Below, piece by piece: positions 55,654 to 64,000 of a stretch of 64,000 nucleotides of DNA; the stretch's first letter is position 1; each line of letters starts with the position of its first letter. The notes below the pieces were generated by a model that ran no database searches, had not been told where the DNA came from, and saw only the letters and a list, made by a program, of their open reading frames with translations. The stretch comes from Candidatus Wolfebacteria bacterium RIFOXYD12_FULL_48_21 (GTDB lineage Bacteria; Patescibacteriota; Minisyncoccia; UBA6257; UBA9933): positions 202,239-266,238 of the forward strand of contig MGIW01000006.1 in assembly GCA_001793945.1 (NCBI GenBank), in the 5' to 3' direction. The position numbers were made by a program, and so were the translations under genes.

Positions 55654-57501
55654 ATGGGCATTTTTAATCTCACATCCGAATACGGGCCGTCGGGCGACCA
55701 GCCGGAGGCGATCGAGCAACTGAAGGCAGGGCTTGATCGGGGCGAGCAATATCAGACCTTGCTTGGCATTACCGGGTCAGGAAAAACTTTTACGGTCGCC
55801 AATGTAATCCGGCATTTTAATAAGCCGGTTCTTGTGATTGCGCCAAACAAGGCGCTTGCCGCTCAGTTGTATCGGGAATATAAGAATTATTTTCCCGAGC
55901 ATTCGGTGAATTATTTTGTTTCCTATTACGACTATTATCAGCCTGAGGCGTATATGCCGGGGACCGATACCTATATTGAAAAGGAGGCTATGATCAACCA
56001 AGAGATCGATCGGTTGCGCCATCAGGCTACATCCGCATTGTTGACCCGCAAGGATGTGATCGTGGTCGCGTCGGTTTCGTGCATCTATGGTCTTGGCGTG
56101 CCGATGAATTATTTTGCATCCGCAATCCACTTGGCGGTCGGGCAACAGATCACCCGCGGCGACCTCATCAGCCAATTGATCAAGATCCAATTTACCCGTA
56201 CGGCAGGTGTGTTGAAGCGCGGCGAGTTTCGCGTGCGCGGGGATGTATTTGAAATCATGCCCGCATCCGAGACCATGAGCTATGCGATTGAGCTCGGACC
56301 TGATCAGACCGTTACGGACATCGCGATCATCGATCCGGTGACGCGGACCATGATCGATCACCCGCAGGATGTCGCCCTGTTCCCGCCGAAGCATTTTATT
56401 TCAAGCGCGCCCGAGATTGCGCGTGCGGTAAAGGATATCAAGACCGAGCTGGACGACCGACTTGCGTATTTTAACGAACACAAGCTGTATCTTGAGGCTC
56501 AGCGTTTGGAGCGACGCGTGCGCTATGACATGGAGATGCTGAAGAGCCTCGGTTTTTGTCATGGCGTGGAAAACTATTCGCGCCATTTGAGTGGCAAGCT
56601 TGTCGGCGAAGCACCCGATACATTGCTGGATTATTTTCCGCGCGACAAACAGGGCAAGCCCGACTTTTTGTTGGTCATGGACGAATCTCACATTGGCGTA
56701 CCGCAGGTGCGTGGCATGTACGCGGGCGATCGAAGCCGCAAGGATACTTTGGTGAAATATGGCTGGCGTTTGCCGTCGGCAATGGATAACCGGCCGCTTA
56801 TGTTCAAAGAATTCGAACAGCGCATCGGGCAGACGATCTTTGTGTCGGCAACGCCGGGCGATTGGGAACTGGAACATTCGAAGACCGTCGTAGAGCAGGT
56901 CATTCGGCCGACCGGGTTGATCGATCCGCCTATTACAGTGCGTCCGGTATTTGATAAAGACAAGAACCGCAGTCAGATCATCGATGTCATGGAGGAATTG
57001 CATGGCGTGGTCAAAAAAGGGGAGCGCGCATTGGTCATCACGCTTACGAAAAAGCAGGCCGAGGATCTGAACGATCATTTGACGAACGAAGGATTCAAAT
57101 CGCGCTACATCCATTCTGAAGTAAAGACCTTCGAGCGCACGGAGATATTGATGGATTTTCGCAGGGGAATATTCGATGTGCTGATCGGCGTGAACCTTTT
57201 GCGTGAAGGGCTCGACCTGCCGGAGGTAACCTTGGTCGCCATTTTGGATGCGGACCGGGAAGGGTTTTTGCGCAGTGAAACATCGTTGATACAGACCATG
57301 GGACGCGCGGCTCGGAATGTGAGCGGAACGGTTATTCTGTATGCAGATAAGGTAACGGGTTCCATGCAACGCGCCATGGATATTGTCGACAAGCGAAGAA
57401 AATTGCAAATGGCGTACAATAAAAAGCACGGCATTACGCCGAAGACCATTCATAAGGCCATCGAATACATGCTTGATTTTAGCGGGTCCGCGGGCGAATG
57501 A
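55654..57501 (+). CDS. uvrB: excinuclease ABC subunit B (compact form)
   Basis: PSGDQPEAIEQL, LLGITGSGKTF Walker A, helicase motifs, VLIGVNLLREGLDLPEV. Confidence 0.9.
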   Translation: MGIFNLTSEYGPSGDQPEAIEQLKAGLDRGEQYQTLLGITGSGKTFTVANVIRHFNKPVLVIAPNKALAAQLYREYKNYFPEHSVNYFVSYYDYYQPEAYMPGTDTYIEKEAMINQEIDRLRHQATSALLTRKDVIVVASVSCIYGLGVPMNYFASAIHLAVGQQITRGDLISQLIKIQFTRTAGVLKRGEFRVRGDVFEIMPASETMSYAIELGPDQTVTDIAIIDPVTRTMIDHPQDVALFPPKHFISSAPEIARAVKDIKTELDDRLAYFNEHKLYLEAQRLERRVRYDMEMLKSLGFCHGVENYSRHLSGKLVGEAPDTLLDYFPRDKQGKPDFLLVMDESHIGVPQVRGMYAGDRSRKDTLVKYGWRLPSAMDNRPLMFKEFEQRIGQTIFVSATPGDWELEHSKTVVEQVIRPTGLIDPPITVRPVFDKDKNRSQIIDVMEELHGVVKKGERALVITLTKKQAEDLNDHLTNEGFKSRYIHSEVKTFERTEILMDFRRGIFDVLIGVNLLREGLDLPEVTLVAILDADREGFLRSETSLIQTMGRAARNVSGTVILYADKVTGSMQRAMDIVDKRRKLQMAYNKKHGITPKTIHKAIEYMLDFSGSAGE

Positions 57502-57800
57502 TTTTGTGTTGCAGTTATTATTCCCGTCTGCCAGCTGGCGGAGGAGTCCGCTTCTATTTTAAAATAAATGTTTTTCCACTTTTTTTATAAAAAGTGGAGT
57601 AAAAAATCACGAACCGGGAATAGTTCGGGGTCGCCTCCAAAAAGGCTGAAACTCCGAACTCGCGCGCTTTGCATAAGCGCACTCAAACAACGGAGTTTCT
57701 TCCGTTCTTTTTTCGGCTCCCTTTATCCGAACTATTCTCCATGTTCGTAAAAAGTATTTGACCTTCCATTCTCACAGGCTTGCATGACCCTTAACCCAAT

Positions 57801-58153
57801 AAAAAAGCCGGGATAAATCCCGGCGTTGGTAAAACATTCGCTCGCCCCGAGCCCTTTTGGTAATCCCGGTGCCTGACGCGCGATATCCGCGTTTTCTTCC
57901 GGTTTTTCTCCCAGGTAGGAGAGGTATCTCACTGGCGGCTCCATCCCAACCGGAGTCGGAACTTCATAGCCTCCCTCCTATACTGCGCACTACCTTCGCC
58001 TTGGGGCGAAACAGGGCGGATTCGAACCACCAGCAAATAAGGGATGCGTGCCTCCTATGCGTTTCGTTGGTCAGTGCCAAGCGAAACAGGATCATCTCAT
58101 ATCTGCCAAGCCAACTTCAGCTTCAGGGCGAGCGAAATCCGTATCAATGTAAC
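57801..58153 (-). ncRNA. putative ~350-nt non-coding (or dual-function) RNA with its own promoter and terminator
   Basis: Minus strand: -35 TTGACT (58190-58185), 18-nt spacer, -10 TATGAT (58166-58161); intrinsic terminator CGCCGGGATTTATCCCGGCTTTTTT at 57825-57801; contains T-arm-like GGTGGTTCGAATCCGCC and a 12-codon ORF with SD AGGAGGGAGG (57967-57929). Confidence 0.45.
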
Positions 58154-58184
58154 TGCGTGTATCATATACTAATAGGGATAAACA

Positions 58185-58199
58185 AGTCAATCGGTTGAC
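58185..58199. promoter_or_regulatory. palindromic shared -35 region of divergent promoters (AGTCAATCGGTTGACA)
   Basis: TTGACT on minus strand and TTGACA on plus strand are arranged back-to-back upstream of uvrA. Confidence 0.4.
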
Positions 58200-58237
58200 A
58201 AACCTTTTCTACGGTGTCATAAGTAAGTACTAACGAC

Positions 58238-60742
58238 ATGGAAGACAAAATAAGCATCAAGGGCGCGCGCGTCCATAATTTAAAGAATATCAACCTCGAG
58301 ATACCAAAAAACAAGTTGGTGGTATTTACGGGTGTTTCGGGTAGCGGCAAATCGTCGCTTGCGTTTGATACCATTTTTGCCGAAGGACAACGCCGGTATA
58401 TCGAATCATTGTCGCCGTACGCCCGACAGTTTTTGGGCCAAATGGAACGCGCCGATGTGGATGAGATTGTCGGCCTGTCGCCGGCCATCGCCATCGACCA
58501 ACGGGCGCTTTCGCACAACCCGCGTTCGACCGTGGGAACGCTGACGGAGATCTATGATTATTTGCGCATTTTGTTCGCGCGCTTGGGTGATGTACATTGT
58601 CCAAATGACGGCACGAAAATAGAAAAATTGTCCGTCGATGAAATGATCGACATCGTAATCGCGCGCGCAAAAAAAGCGAAGCAGAGTATGGTCACCGTGC
58701 TTTCGCCAGTGGTGCGCGGACGCAAGGGGGAGTACTATCAACAGTTGTACGATTATCTTGGACTCGGATTTTCACAGGTGCGCATTGATGGCGTCATGCA
58801 TTCGTTGCACGAAAAGATCGAGTTGTCGCGCTACAAGGAGCATTCGATCGATCTGGTCATCGACAAGGTTCTTTTGACGGATGTCGCGCGCTTGCACGAG
58901 GCCGTTGAAAGCGCACTTGATCAAAGCAAAGGGCTGGCCACCATTTTAATGGGCGAGCAGACGGAAGCTCCGGAGGAGTTCATGCTTTCTTCGAAGTGGA
59001 CCTGTCCGGTGGATAATTTTGTGTTTCCCGATATCGAGCCGCGGCTGTTTTCTTTCAATAGTCCGCATGGCGCATGCGAGACCTGTTCCGGACTTGGCAA
59101 GACCGACCTGTTCTTAAAGACCATCTGCCCCGATTGTAAGGGGAAGCGATTGCGCCCCGAAGCATTGTCCATTCGCATCGACGGGAAAAATATTTATGAA
59201 GTGGCTTCCATGACCAACGCCGATTCGCATGCATTTTTTACGGCGTATGAAAAAAAGATGACCGAGCGTGAAAAAACCATCGCCGCGACCGTAGTAAAGG
59301 AGATCACGGATCGGCTGCACTTTTTACTTGAAGTGGGGCTTGATTATTTGACCATGACGCGCGAAGCGGAAACATTGTCGGGTGGTGAAGCACAGCGCAT
59401 CCGGCTTTCTTCGCAAATAGGCTCCCAGCTTTCCAATACGCTCTATGTGCTTGATGAGCCGACAATTGGTCTGCACGAACGCGATACCGACCGGCTGGTG
59501 GGAATATTAAAGAAACTTAAGGCGCAGAACAACACCGTGATCATTGTCGAGCACGACGAACTGACCATCCTTGAATCTGACCACTTGGTCGACTTCGGGC
59601 CGTTTGCCGGCAAACATGGCGGCGAGGTCGTCGCACATGGCGATACGGCAAAACTGTTGAAGAATCCGGGCGAAATGAACTCCATGACCGTGCAATATTT
59701 GCGTGAAGAACGGAAGATCGCGGTGCCTGAGCGGCGGAGTAAGATAGCCGAAAAGTTGTCGATCGTCGGCGCGACCGCGCATAATTTGAAAAATGTGAAT
59801 GTGGATATTCCGTTGCGCAAGCTGGTGTGTGTTACAGGTGTCTCGGGTAGTGGTAAATCGACTTTGATACAGGATGCGCTGTATGAAAATTTGAATTCGT
59901 TGAAGTCGCGCATGAACGAACCGCTTACGGGCGTCGCGAACATTACCGGTTCCGAATATATCGACCGGGTCATTGCGGTCGACCAGGCGCCGATCGGGCG
60001 CACTCCGCGTTCCAATCCTGCCACTTACACGGGTATCCTTACGCCGGTCCGTGAGTTCTATGCGCAATTGCCCGAAGCGCGCGAACGGGCCTATACCGCG
60101 TCGCGGTTTTCATTCAATGTGGCGGGTGGCCGATGCGAGTCGTGCCAAGGGGCGGGACATAACTTGATCGAGATGCACTTTTTGCCGCCGGTATTGGTGG
60201 AGTGTGAAGTGTGTCACGGCAAGCGATACAACCGCGAAACATTACAGGTAAAGCACAACAAGAAAAGCATCAGCGATGTGCTCGCCATGACCATCGATGA
60301 AGCGGCGGAATTTTTTGACGGCATATGGCAGATTACCGACAAACTGAAGGTACTGCAATCCGTGGGATTGGGTTATCTGCAGTTGGGTCAAAGTGCCACC
60401 ACGCTTTCGGGCGGGGAAGCGCAGCGCATCAAGTTGGCGCGCGAATTGACGCACCCGCTGGGCAAGCGTGTGTTGTATTTGCTCGACGAACCTACCGTTG
60501 GGTTGCATTACTATGATGTCGAACTGCTGTTGACCGTACTGAACAAGCTGGTAGACAAAGGACACTCCGTTGTGGTGATCGAGCATAATATGCACCTCAT
60601 CAAATCGGCCGACTATGTCATCGACCTCGGGCCGGAAGGAGGCGAGCGGGGAGGTTCCATCGTTGCCAAGGGCACGCCCGAAGAGGTCGCCGCAAACAAA
60701 CACAGTATTACCGGCAGTTACCTGAAGCATTTTCTGAAATAA
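58238..60742 (+). CDS. uvrA: excinuclease ABC subunit A (compact form)
   Basis: Two ABC modules ([15 protein letters not shown] and [15 protein letters not shown] Walker A; LSGGEAQRI signature twice), zinc-finger Cys clusters. Confidence 0.95.
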   Translation: MEDKISIKGARVHNLKNINLEIPKNKLVVFTGVSGSGKSSLAFDTIFAEGQRRYIESLSPYARQFLGQMERADVDEIVGLSPAIAIDQRALSHNPRSTVGTLTEIYDYLRILFARLGDVHCPNDGTKIEKLSVDEMIDIVIARAKKAKQSMVTVLSPVVRGRKGEYYQQLYDYLGLGFSQVRIDGVMHSLHEKIELSRYKEHSIDLVIDKVLLTDVARLHEAVESALDQSKGLATILMGEQTEAPEEFMLSSKWTCPVDNFVFPDIEPRLFSFNSPHGACETCSGLGKTDLFLKTICPDCKGKRLRPEALSIRIDGKNIYEVASMTNADSHAFFTAYEKKMTEREKTIAATVVKEITDRLHFLLEVGLDYLTMTREAETLSGGEAQRIRLSSQIGSQLSNTLYVLDEPTIGLHERDTDRLVGILKKLKAQNNTVIIVEHDELTILESDHLVDFGPFAGKHGGEVVAHGDTAKLLKNPGEMNSMTVQYLREERKIAVPERRSKIAEKLSIVGATAHNLKNVNVDIPLRKLVCVTGVSGSGKSTLIQDALYENLNSLKSRMNEPLTGVANITGSEYIDRVIAVDQAPIGRTPRSNPATYTGILTPVREFYAQLPEARERAYTASRFSFNVAGGRCESCQGAGHNLIEMHFLPPVLVECEVCHGKRYNRETLQVKHNKKSISDVLAMTIDEAAEFFDGIWQITDKLKVLQSVGLGYLQLGQSATTLSGGEAQRIKLARELTHPLGKRVLYLLDEPTVGLHYYDVELLLTVLNKLVDKGHSVVVIEHNMHLIKSADYVIDLGPEGGERGGSIVAKGTPEEVAANKHSITGSYLKHFLK

Positions 60743-60754
60743 TACGAGCGATGT

Positions 60755-60960
60755 GCCAAAATAGCATTGCCTCCGTCAACCCGCTCACGGACTTCGTCCT
60801 GCGCTTTCGTTTGGGTTTCCGGGAGGCAATTCTATTTTGCATCGCGTATTAAAAAATAATGCAAGATGCATGCCAAAATCGCAAGTGGCATCAGGAGGAG
60901 GGCTCTTTCTATCCTCCTAATACCACTTGCGATTTTGGCTTGTTGTCTTGTATCTGGTAT
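60755..60960. repeat. nested inverted repeats / complex hairpin between uvrA and the transporter gene
   Basis: gccaaaatagcattgcctcc...ggaggcaattctattttgc, then gccaaaatcgcaagtggcatcaggaggagggctctttctatcctcctaataccacttgcgattttggc (17-bp perfect arms with inner aggagga/tcctcct palindrome). Confidence 0.7.
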
Positions 60961-61008
60961 TATATTGCAGTGATCTTATCATTACGAAAACGATATTTTG
61001 AAGGGGAT

Positions 61009-62181
61009 ATGGCGCGGGGGTTCATGGCGCTGTATACCGGTAAAACGATTTCCAATATTGCGGTAAATCTGTTGGGGATGTTTTTGCCTATTTTTTTGTA
61101 CACCCTGTTTGACGGCAATTTTACCTTGGTCGCGTTGCAATTTTTGCTTGGGTATTTGGCCTATGGTCTTTCCGTTCCGATCGGTGGTTTCTTTTTGAAC
61201 CGCTACGGATTCAATCATTCGCTTCGTTTGAGTACATTCTTTGCGGCGTCATCGTTTGCCTTTTTGTATTTTATGCGGCCGGACAATGTGCTGTATCTGT
61301 TGCCATTTCAAATAGCCGCGACCACCTTGTATCGGCTGTTGTTCTGGCTGCCGTTCCATGTCGACTTTGCGGAGTTTTCCGATGCGAGCAAGCGCGGAAG
61401 CGAGATCAGTTTTTTTGACGCGACGGTCAATGTTATCGGAATCGCTACACCAATCTTGGCCGGGTTCATCATTACGCGCTACGGATATGATGCGCTCTTT
61501 GCGCTTGCGATGATCATCTTCCTTATGGCACTGGTACCGTACCATTTCATTCCCGAGATCGGAGAGCGGTTCAGCTGGTCATATCGGAGAACGGTTCGCG
61601 AGCTGTTTGTAAAACGCAATCGCAAACCGACCTTGGCATTCATGGCCGATGGCGCGGAGGAGATCGTTGGGTATCTTGTGTGGCCTATTGTAATCTATCA
61701 ACTTCTCCACGGTGATCTTTTGAAGGTCGGCATCATTTCCACCGTTATTGTTGGTGCGACGGTCATATTGGAATTGGCGGTAGGGAAGTATACTGACAGC
61801 CGTTTTGGGAAAGAAAAGTTGGTAAAGTATGGCAGTATCCTGTCTGCGATCGGATGGATCATAAAGATATTTATCGCCACGGCGTTTCAGATATTTATTG
61901 TGGACACCTACCATAAGTTCACCAAGATCATCATGCGCATTCCGTTTGCGGCCATGGCGTATGAACGCGCCGCCGATCGCGGGCATTACATCGATGAATA
62001 TACCGTCTTATATGAAATGGCGATCAACATGGGGCGCGTGCTTATGATCCTTGCGGTCATGGTCGCCGCACTGTTCATATCGTTGCAATGGACATTCCTC
62101 TTTGGCGCGTTCGCCTCGGTCTTTCTTAATCTCTTGCGCGTAAAGCATCATCCGCATGCGTTGCGCCCGATCGCAGCGTAA
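61009..62181 (+). CDS. MFS-type membrane transporter
   Basis: About 12 predicted TM helices in two halves; start chosen at ATG 61009 (MARGFMALYTGK). Confidence 0.55.
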   Translation: MARGFMALYTGKTISNIAVNLLGMFLPIFLYTLFDGNFTLVALQFLLGYLAYGLSVPIGGFFLNRYGFNHSLRLSTFFAASSFAFLYFMRPDNVLYLLPFQIAATTLYRLLFWLPFHVDFAEFSDASKRGSEISFFDATVNVIGIATPILAGFIITRYGYDALFALAMIIFLMALVPYHFIPEIGERFSWSYRRTVRELFVKRNRKPTLAFMADGAEEIVGYLVWPIVIYQLLHGDLLKVGIISTVIVGATVILELAVGKYTDSRFGKEKLVKYGSILSAIGWIIKIFIATAFQIFIVDTYHKFTKIIMRIPFAAMAYERAADRGHYIDEYTVLYEMAINMGRVLMILAVMVAALFISLQWTFLFGAFASVFLNLLRVKHHPHALRPIAA

Positions 62182-62184
62182 TTT

Positions 62185-62230
62185 TATGGGAATAAAAAAG
62201 CCGGTCCGTTACATAACGGACCGGTTTTGC
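62185..62230. terminator. bidirectional terminator
   Basis: aaaaaagccggtccgttacataacggaccggttttgcttcg. Confidence 0.7.
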
Positions 62231-62251
62231 TTCGACTATCGTCGAAGCAGT

Positions 62252-62555
62252 TCAGTTTTTGATGAGCGCGAGAAACTGCGTCGCGACCTTCGTCATGACA
62301 TTATACTCCTCGCGCGATATGCGGGTGTTCTCCGCATATTTTGGGGACCTGCGCATGATCTTTTCCATGAGGTGGTTCATGAGCGCCGCCCCCATGGCCG
62401 TCAGGGGCATGTCCTTTGGGTCGCTCGTGTCTTTGAAGAGCGAACCAGCCGCATCCATGTACTGGACTTGGCCCAGTAGAATGGAACAGAACCGGTAGAA
62501 CTCCCATATTTCATCAGCATCTTTCGGAAACTCTTGCTTCTCTGGTTTCGCCACA
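62252..62555 (-). CDS. hypothetical protein (GTG start with AAGGAG Shine-Dalgarno)
   Basis: In-frame GTG at 62555 preceded by aaggag 6 nt upstream; the ORF-track start further upstream gives an implausible basic N-terminus. Confidence 0.35.
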
Positions 62556-62579
62556 GTAAATCTCCTTTTCGTAAAATTT

Positions 62580-62891
62580 TTAGTTGTCCTTCTTTTCGAA
62601 TATGGCGAGGAATTCTTCCGCAGCATGGAGCGTGGCGTGCACATCATCAATATTGGTCAGGTTGTGGCTCGCGAAGTCGCCGCTTAGGCCCATCTGCAGG
62701 CTCGGGTGGTTTAGGATGCCGGCGCTTAATACCGATAGGGTGTAGAACGCGCTACTCCCTTCTTTTGGCTCATAAAGTCGCTCGGCTTCCTGCAATTCCT
62801 GCGCTTTTGCGAAAAGCGCCTGCATAAAATTGAAATTGAAACCGACGATCGTTTCCGTCGGGTCTATCGCCATTTTTTGGGATTGATCCAT
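62580..62891 (-). CDS. hypothetical protein
   Basis: 103-aa ORF forming a two-gene minus-strand unit with 62252-62555. Confidence 0.35.
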   Translation of the reverse strand: MDQSQKMAIDPTETIVGFNFNFMQALFAKAQELQEAERLYEPKEGSSAFYTLSVLSAGILNHPSLQMGLSGDFASHNLTNIDDVHATLHAAEEFLAIFEKKDN

Positions 62892-62962
62892 GACATGCCT
62901 CTTTGTGTGGAAGGTTGTAGGGTTGAATGTGAGCTGAAAATAGAGTACATTATTTGTGTATA

Positions 62963-64000
62963 TATGTCAAATCTTCTCGAACAGGTAAAGCAATTTCCGG
63001 ATAGCCCCGGAGTTTATCGATTCCTTGATGCAAAAGGGGGTATTTTGTATATCGGCAGGGCTACATCGCTGCGCAAGCGGGTGGGGAATTATTTTACCAA
63101 GCGCATCGATGCGCGCATTGCGGAAATGGTATCGCTTGCACGGGATGTGCTGTATGAGCAGACCGATACTGTATTGGAAGCAGTCATCCTTGAGGCTAAC
63201 CTTATAAAAAAGCATTGGCCGAAATACAATGTAAAGGACAAGGACAATCGGTCATTTCTTTATATCGTAATTCCGAAAGCGGGGATAGATTCCCGCCGGA
63301 GTTTACCCCGTGCTGTGACACGGGGCCCGCAATTTCGGAATGACAGAGGGGGCTCGGCCGATTATCCGAAACCGCTCATCGTGCGGCATCGTGAATTGGA
63401 AAAGTTTTCCGCGGTCAAGGCGGATATCTTTGGACCGTATCAAAGCGTTACATTGATCAAAAACGCATTGAAGATCATTCGCAGAATATTTCCGTACGGC
63501 ACCTGTACGCCCCATAGTGCCTCTGTAAAGTCGCCGGCGGGCGACCGCGTTGCAGGTAAGCCCTGCTTTGATTATCAGATCGGATTGTGCCCGGGTGCAT
63601 GTGTTGGGGCTATTTCAAAAAAAGAGTATCAAAAAAATATTCGCAACATTGTACTCCTGTTGTCGGGTAAAAAGGAGCTGCTGCTCAAGCGGCTTGCCAA
63701 GGCGCATCCTGAAAAGGCGGTGAGCTTGAAGCATATTCAGGATGTTTCATTGATCACGCGGGACGAACTGGTGCGCAGACAGGTGGACGCGCATCGCATC
63801 GAAGGATATGACATATCGCATTTGACCGGTAAGGAAACATATGGCTCGATGGTCGTGTTCACCGATGGTGAACCAGACAAGGAGGCCTATCGGTTGTTTG
63901 CCATAAAAGAAGCCGTGGCGGGCGACGATTTGCATGCACTCGAGGAAATGCTGGTGCGACGATTTCGCCACGCAGAATGGGACATGCCCGATTTGGTCAT
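62963..64000 (+). CDS. uvrC: excinuclease ABC subunit C (N-terminal part, runs off window), with in-frame MITE insertion
   Basis: Own translation: MSNLLEQVKQFPDSPGVYRFLDAKGGILYIGRATSLRKRVGNYF (GIY-YIG)...EANLIKKHWPKYNV..., Cys-rich region, then continuous reading frame to the window end; not in the ORF track because there is no in-window stop. Confidence 0.85.
63286..63352 (+). mobile_element. MITE-family element inserted in-frame within uvrC
   Basis: gatagattcccgccggagtttaccccgtgctgtgacacggggcccgcaatttcggaatgacag closely matches the intergenic copy at 27232-27300; encodes IDSRRSLPRAVTRGPQFRNDR inside UvrC. Confidence 0.7.

Noticed and set aside
56401-57453. 350-aa minus-strand ORF antisense to uvrB
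   Set aside because: It lies inside uvrB. Other long antisense ORFs (32688-33539, 28715-29305, 43102-43638, 47164-47778, 54666-55418, 40338-40862, 50615-51442) were rejected for the same reason.
57510-57550. Additional MITE copy after uvrB (ttcccgtctgccagctggcggaggagtccgc)
   Set aside because: Only the ccgccagctggcgg core is shared. That core also occurs in ordinary terminators (40400, 31000, 31690, 39475), so this is more likely just the uvrB terminator hairpin.
57857-58198. 113-aa plus-strand ORF in the uvrB-uvrA spacer
   Set aside because: It runs across the minus-strand promoter and terminator signals, has no SD or start context, and its composition is Pro/Arg/Leu-rich. The region is better explained as a minus-strand ncRNA unit.

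Overview
This 64-kb window looks like a reduced bacterial genome with ~50% GC, possibly Patescibacteria/CPR-like. The gene set is minimal (short infB, pheT, uvrA) and there are no metabolic operons. The backbone consists of housekeeping genes, interrupted by accessory DNA and a dispersed family of small palindromic repeats. Gene assignments come from translated motifs in the ORF track; no database searches were run.

Core genes:
- rpoC 3' end, then the rpsF-ssb-rpsR operon.
- htpX, pheS and pheT.
- A tRNA-Cys/tRNA-Leu operon, followed by NlpC/P60-infB-rbfA on the minus strand.
- Two CAT-anticodon tRNAs, one of them initiator-like.
- proS, mreB, mreC, grpE, dnaK, dnaJ, pcm, rsmE.
- uvrB, uvrA, and the uvrC 5' end.

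Accessory content:
- A GGDEF/PAS signalling pair.
- Three or four type II toxin-antitoxin pairs: HTH-Panacea with a toxin, Phd/RelE, and DinJ/YafQ.
- A Pif1-like helicase whose 5' and 3' ends are both duplicated nearby. The duplicates flank inserted segments: an NYN-domain gene on one side, and a TA + MazG + type II R-M cassette on the other.
- A lower-GC, horizontally acquired island at about 18.0-25.0 kb. It holds four tandem small HTH paralogs, a CHP02391-like protein, an unknown protein, a GIY-YIG/DUF4357 nuclease, an MmeI-like Type IIG restriction-modification enzyme, and two PD-(D/E)xK nuclease-like proteins.

The most striking repeat class is a family of ~30-110 bp hairpin elements with the core gtcattcc-stem/loop-ggaatccag. 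They occur singly and in arrays, behaving like miniature inverted-repeat transposable elements (MITEs). Two copies sit in-frame inside protein-coding genes, tspO and uvrC, much like Rickettsia palindromic elements.

Other features of note:
- A conserved ~55-bp terminator+leader module is repeated before four or five defence-island genes.
- Two genes are each bracketed by a pair of identical perfect palindromes.
- A promoter/terminator-delimited ~350-nt putative ncRNA lies divergent from uvrA.
- Two tandem paralogous genes of unknown function share conserved promoters.
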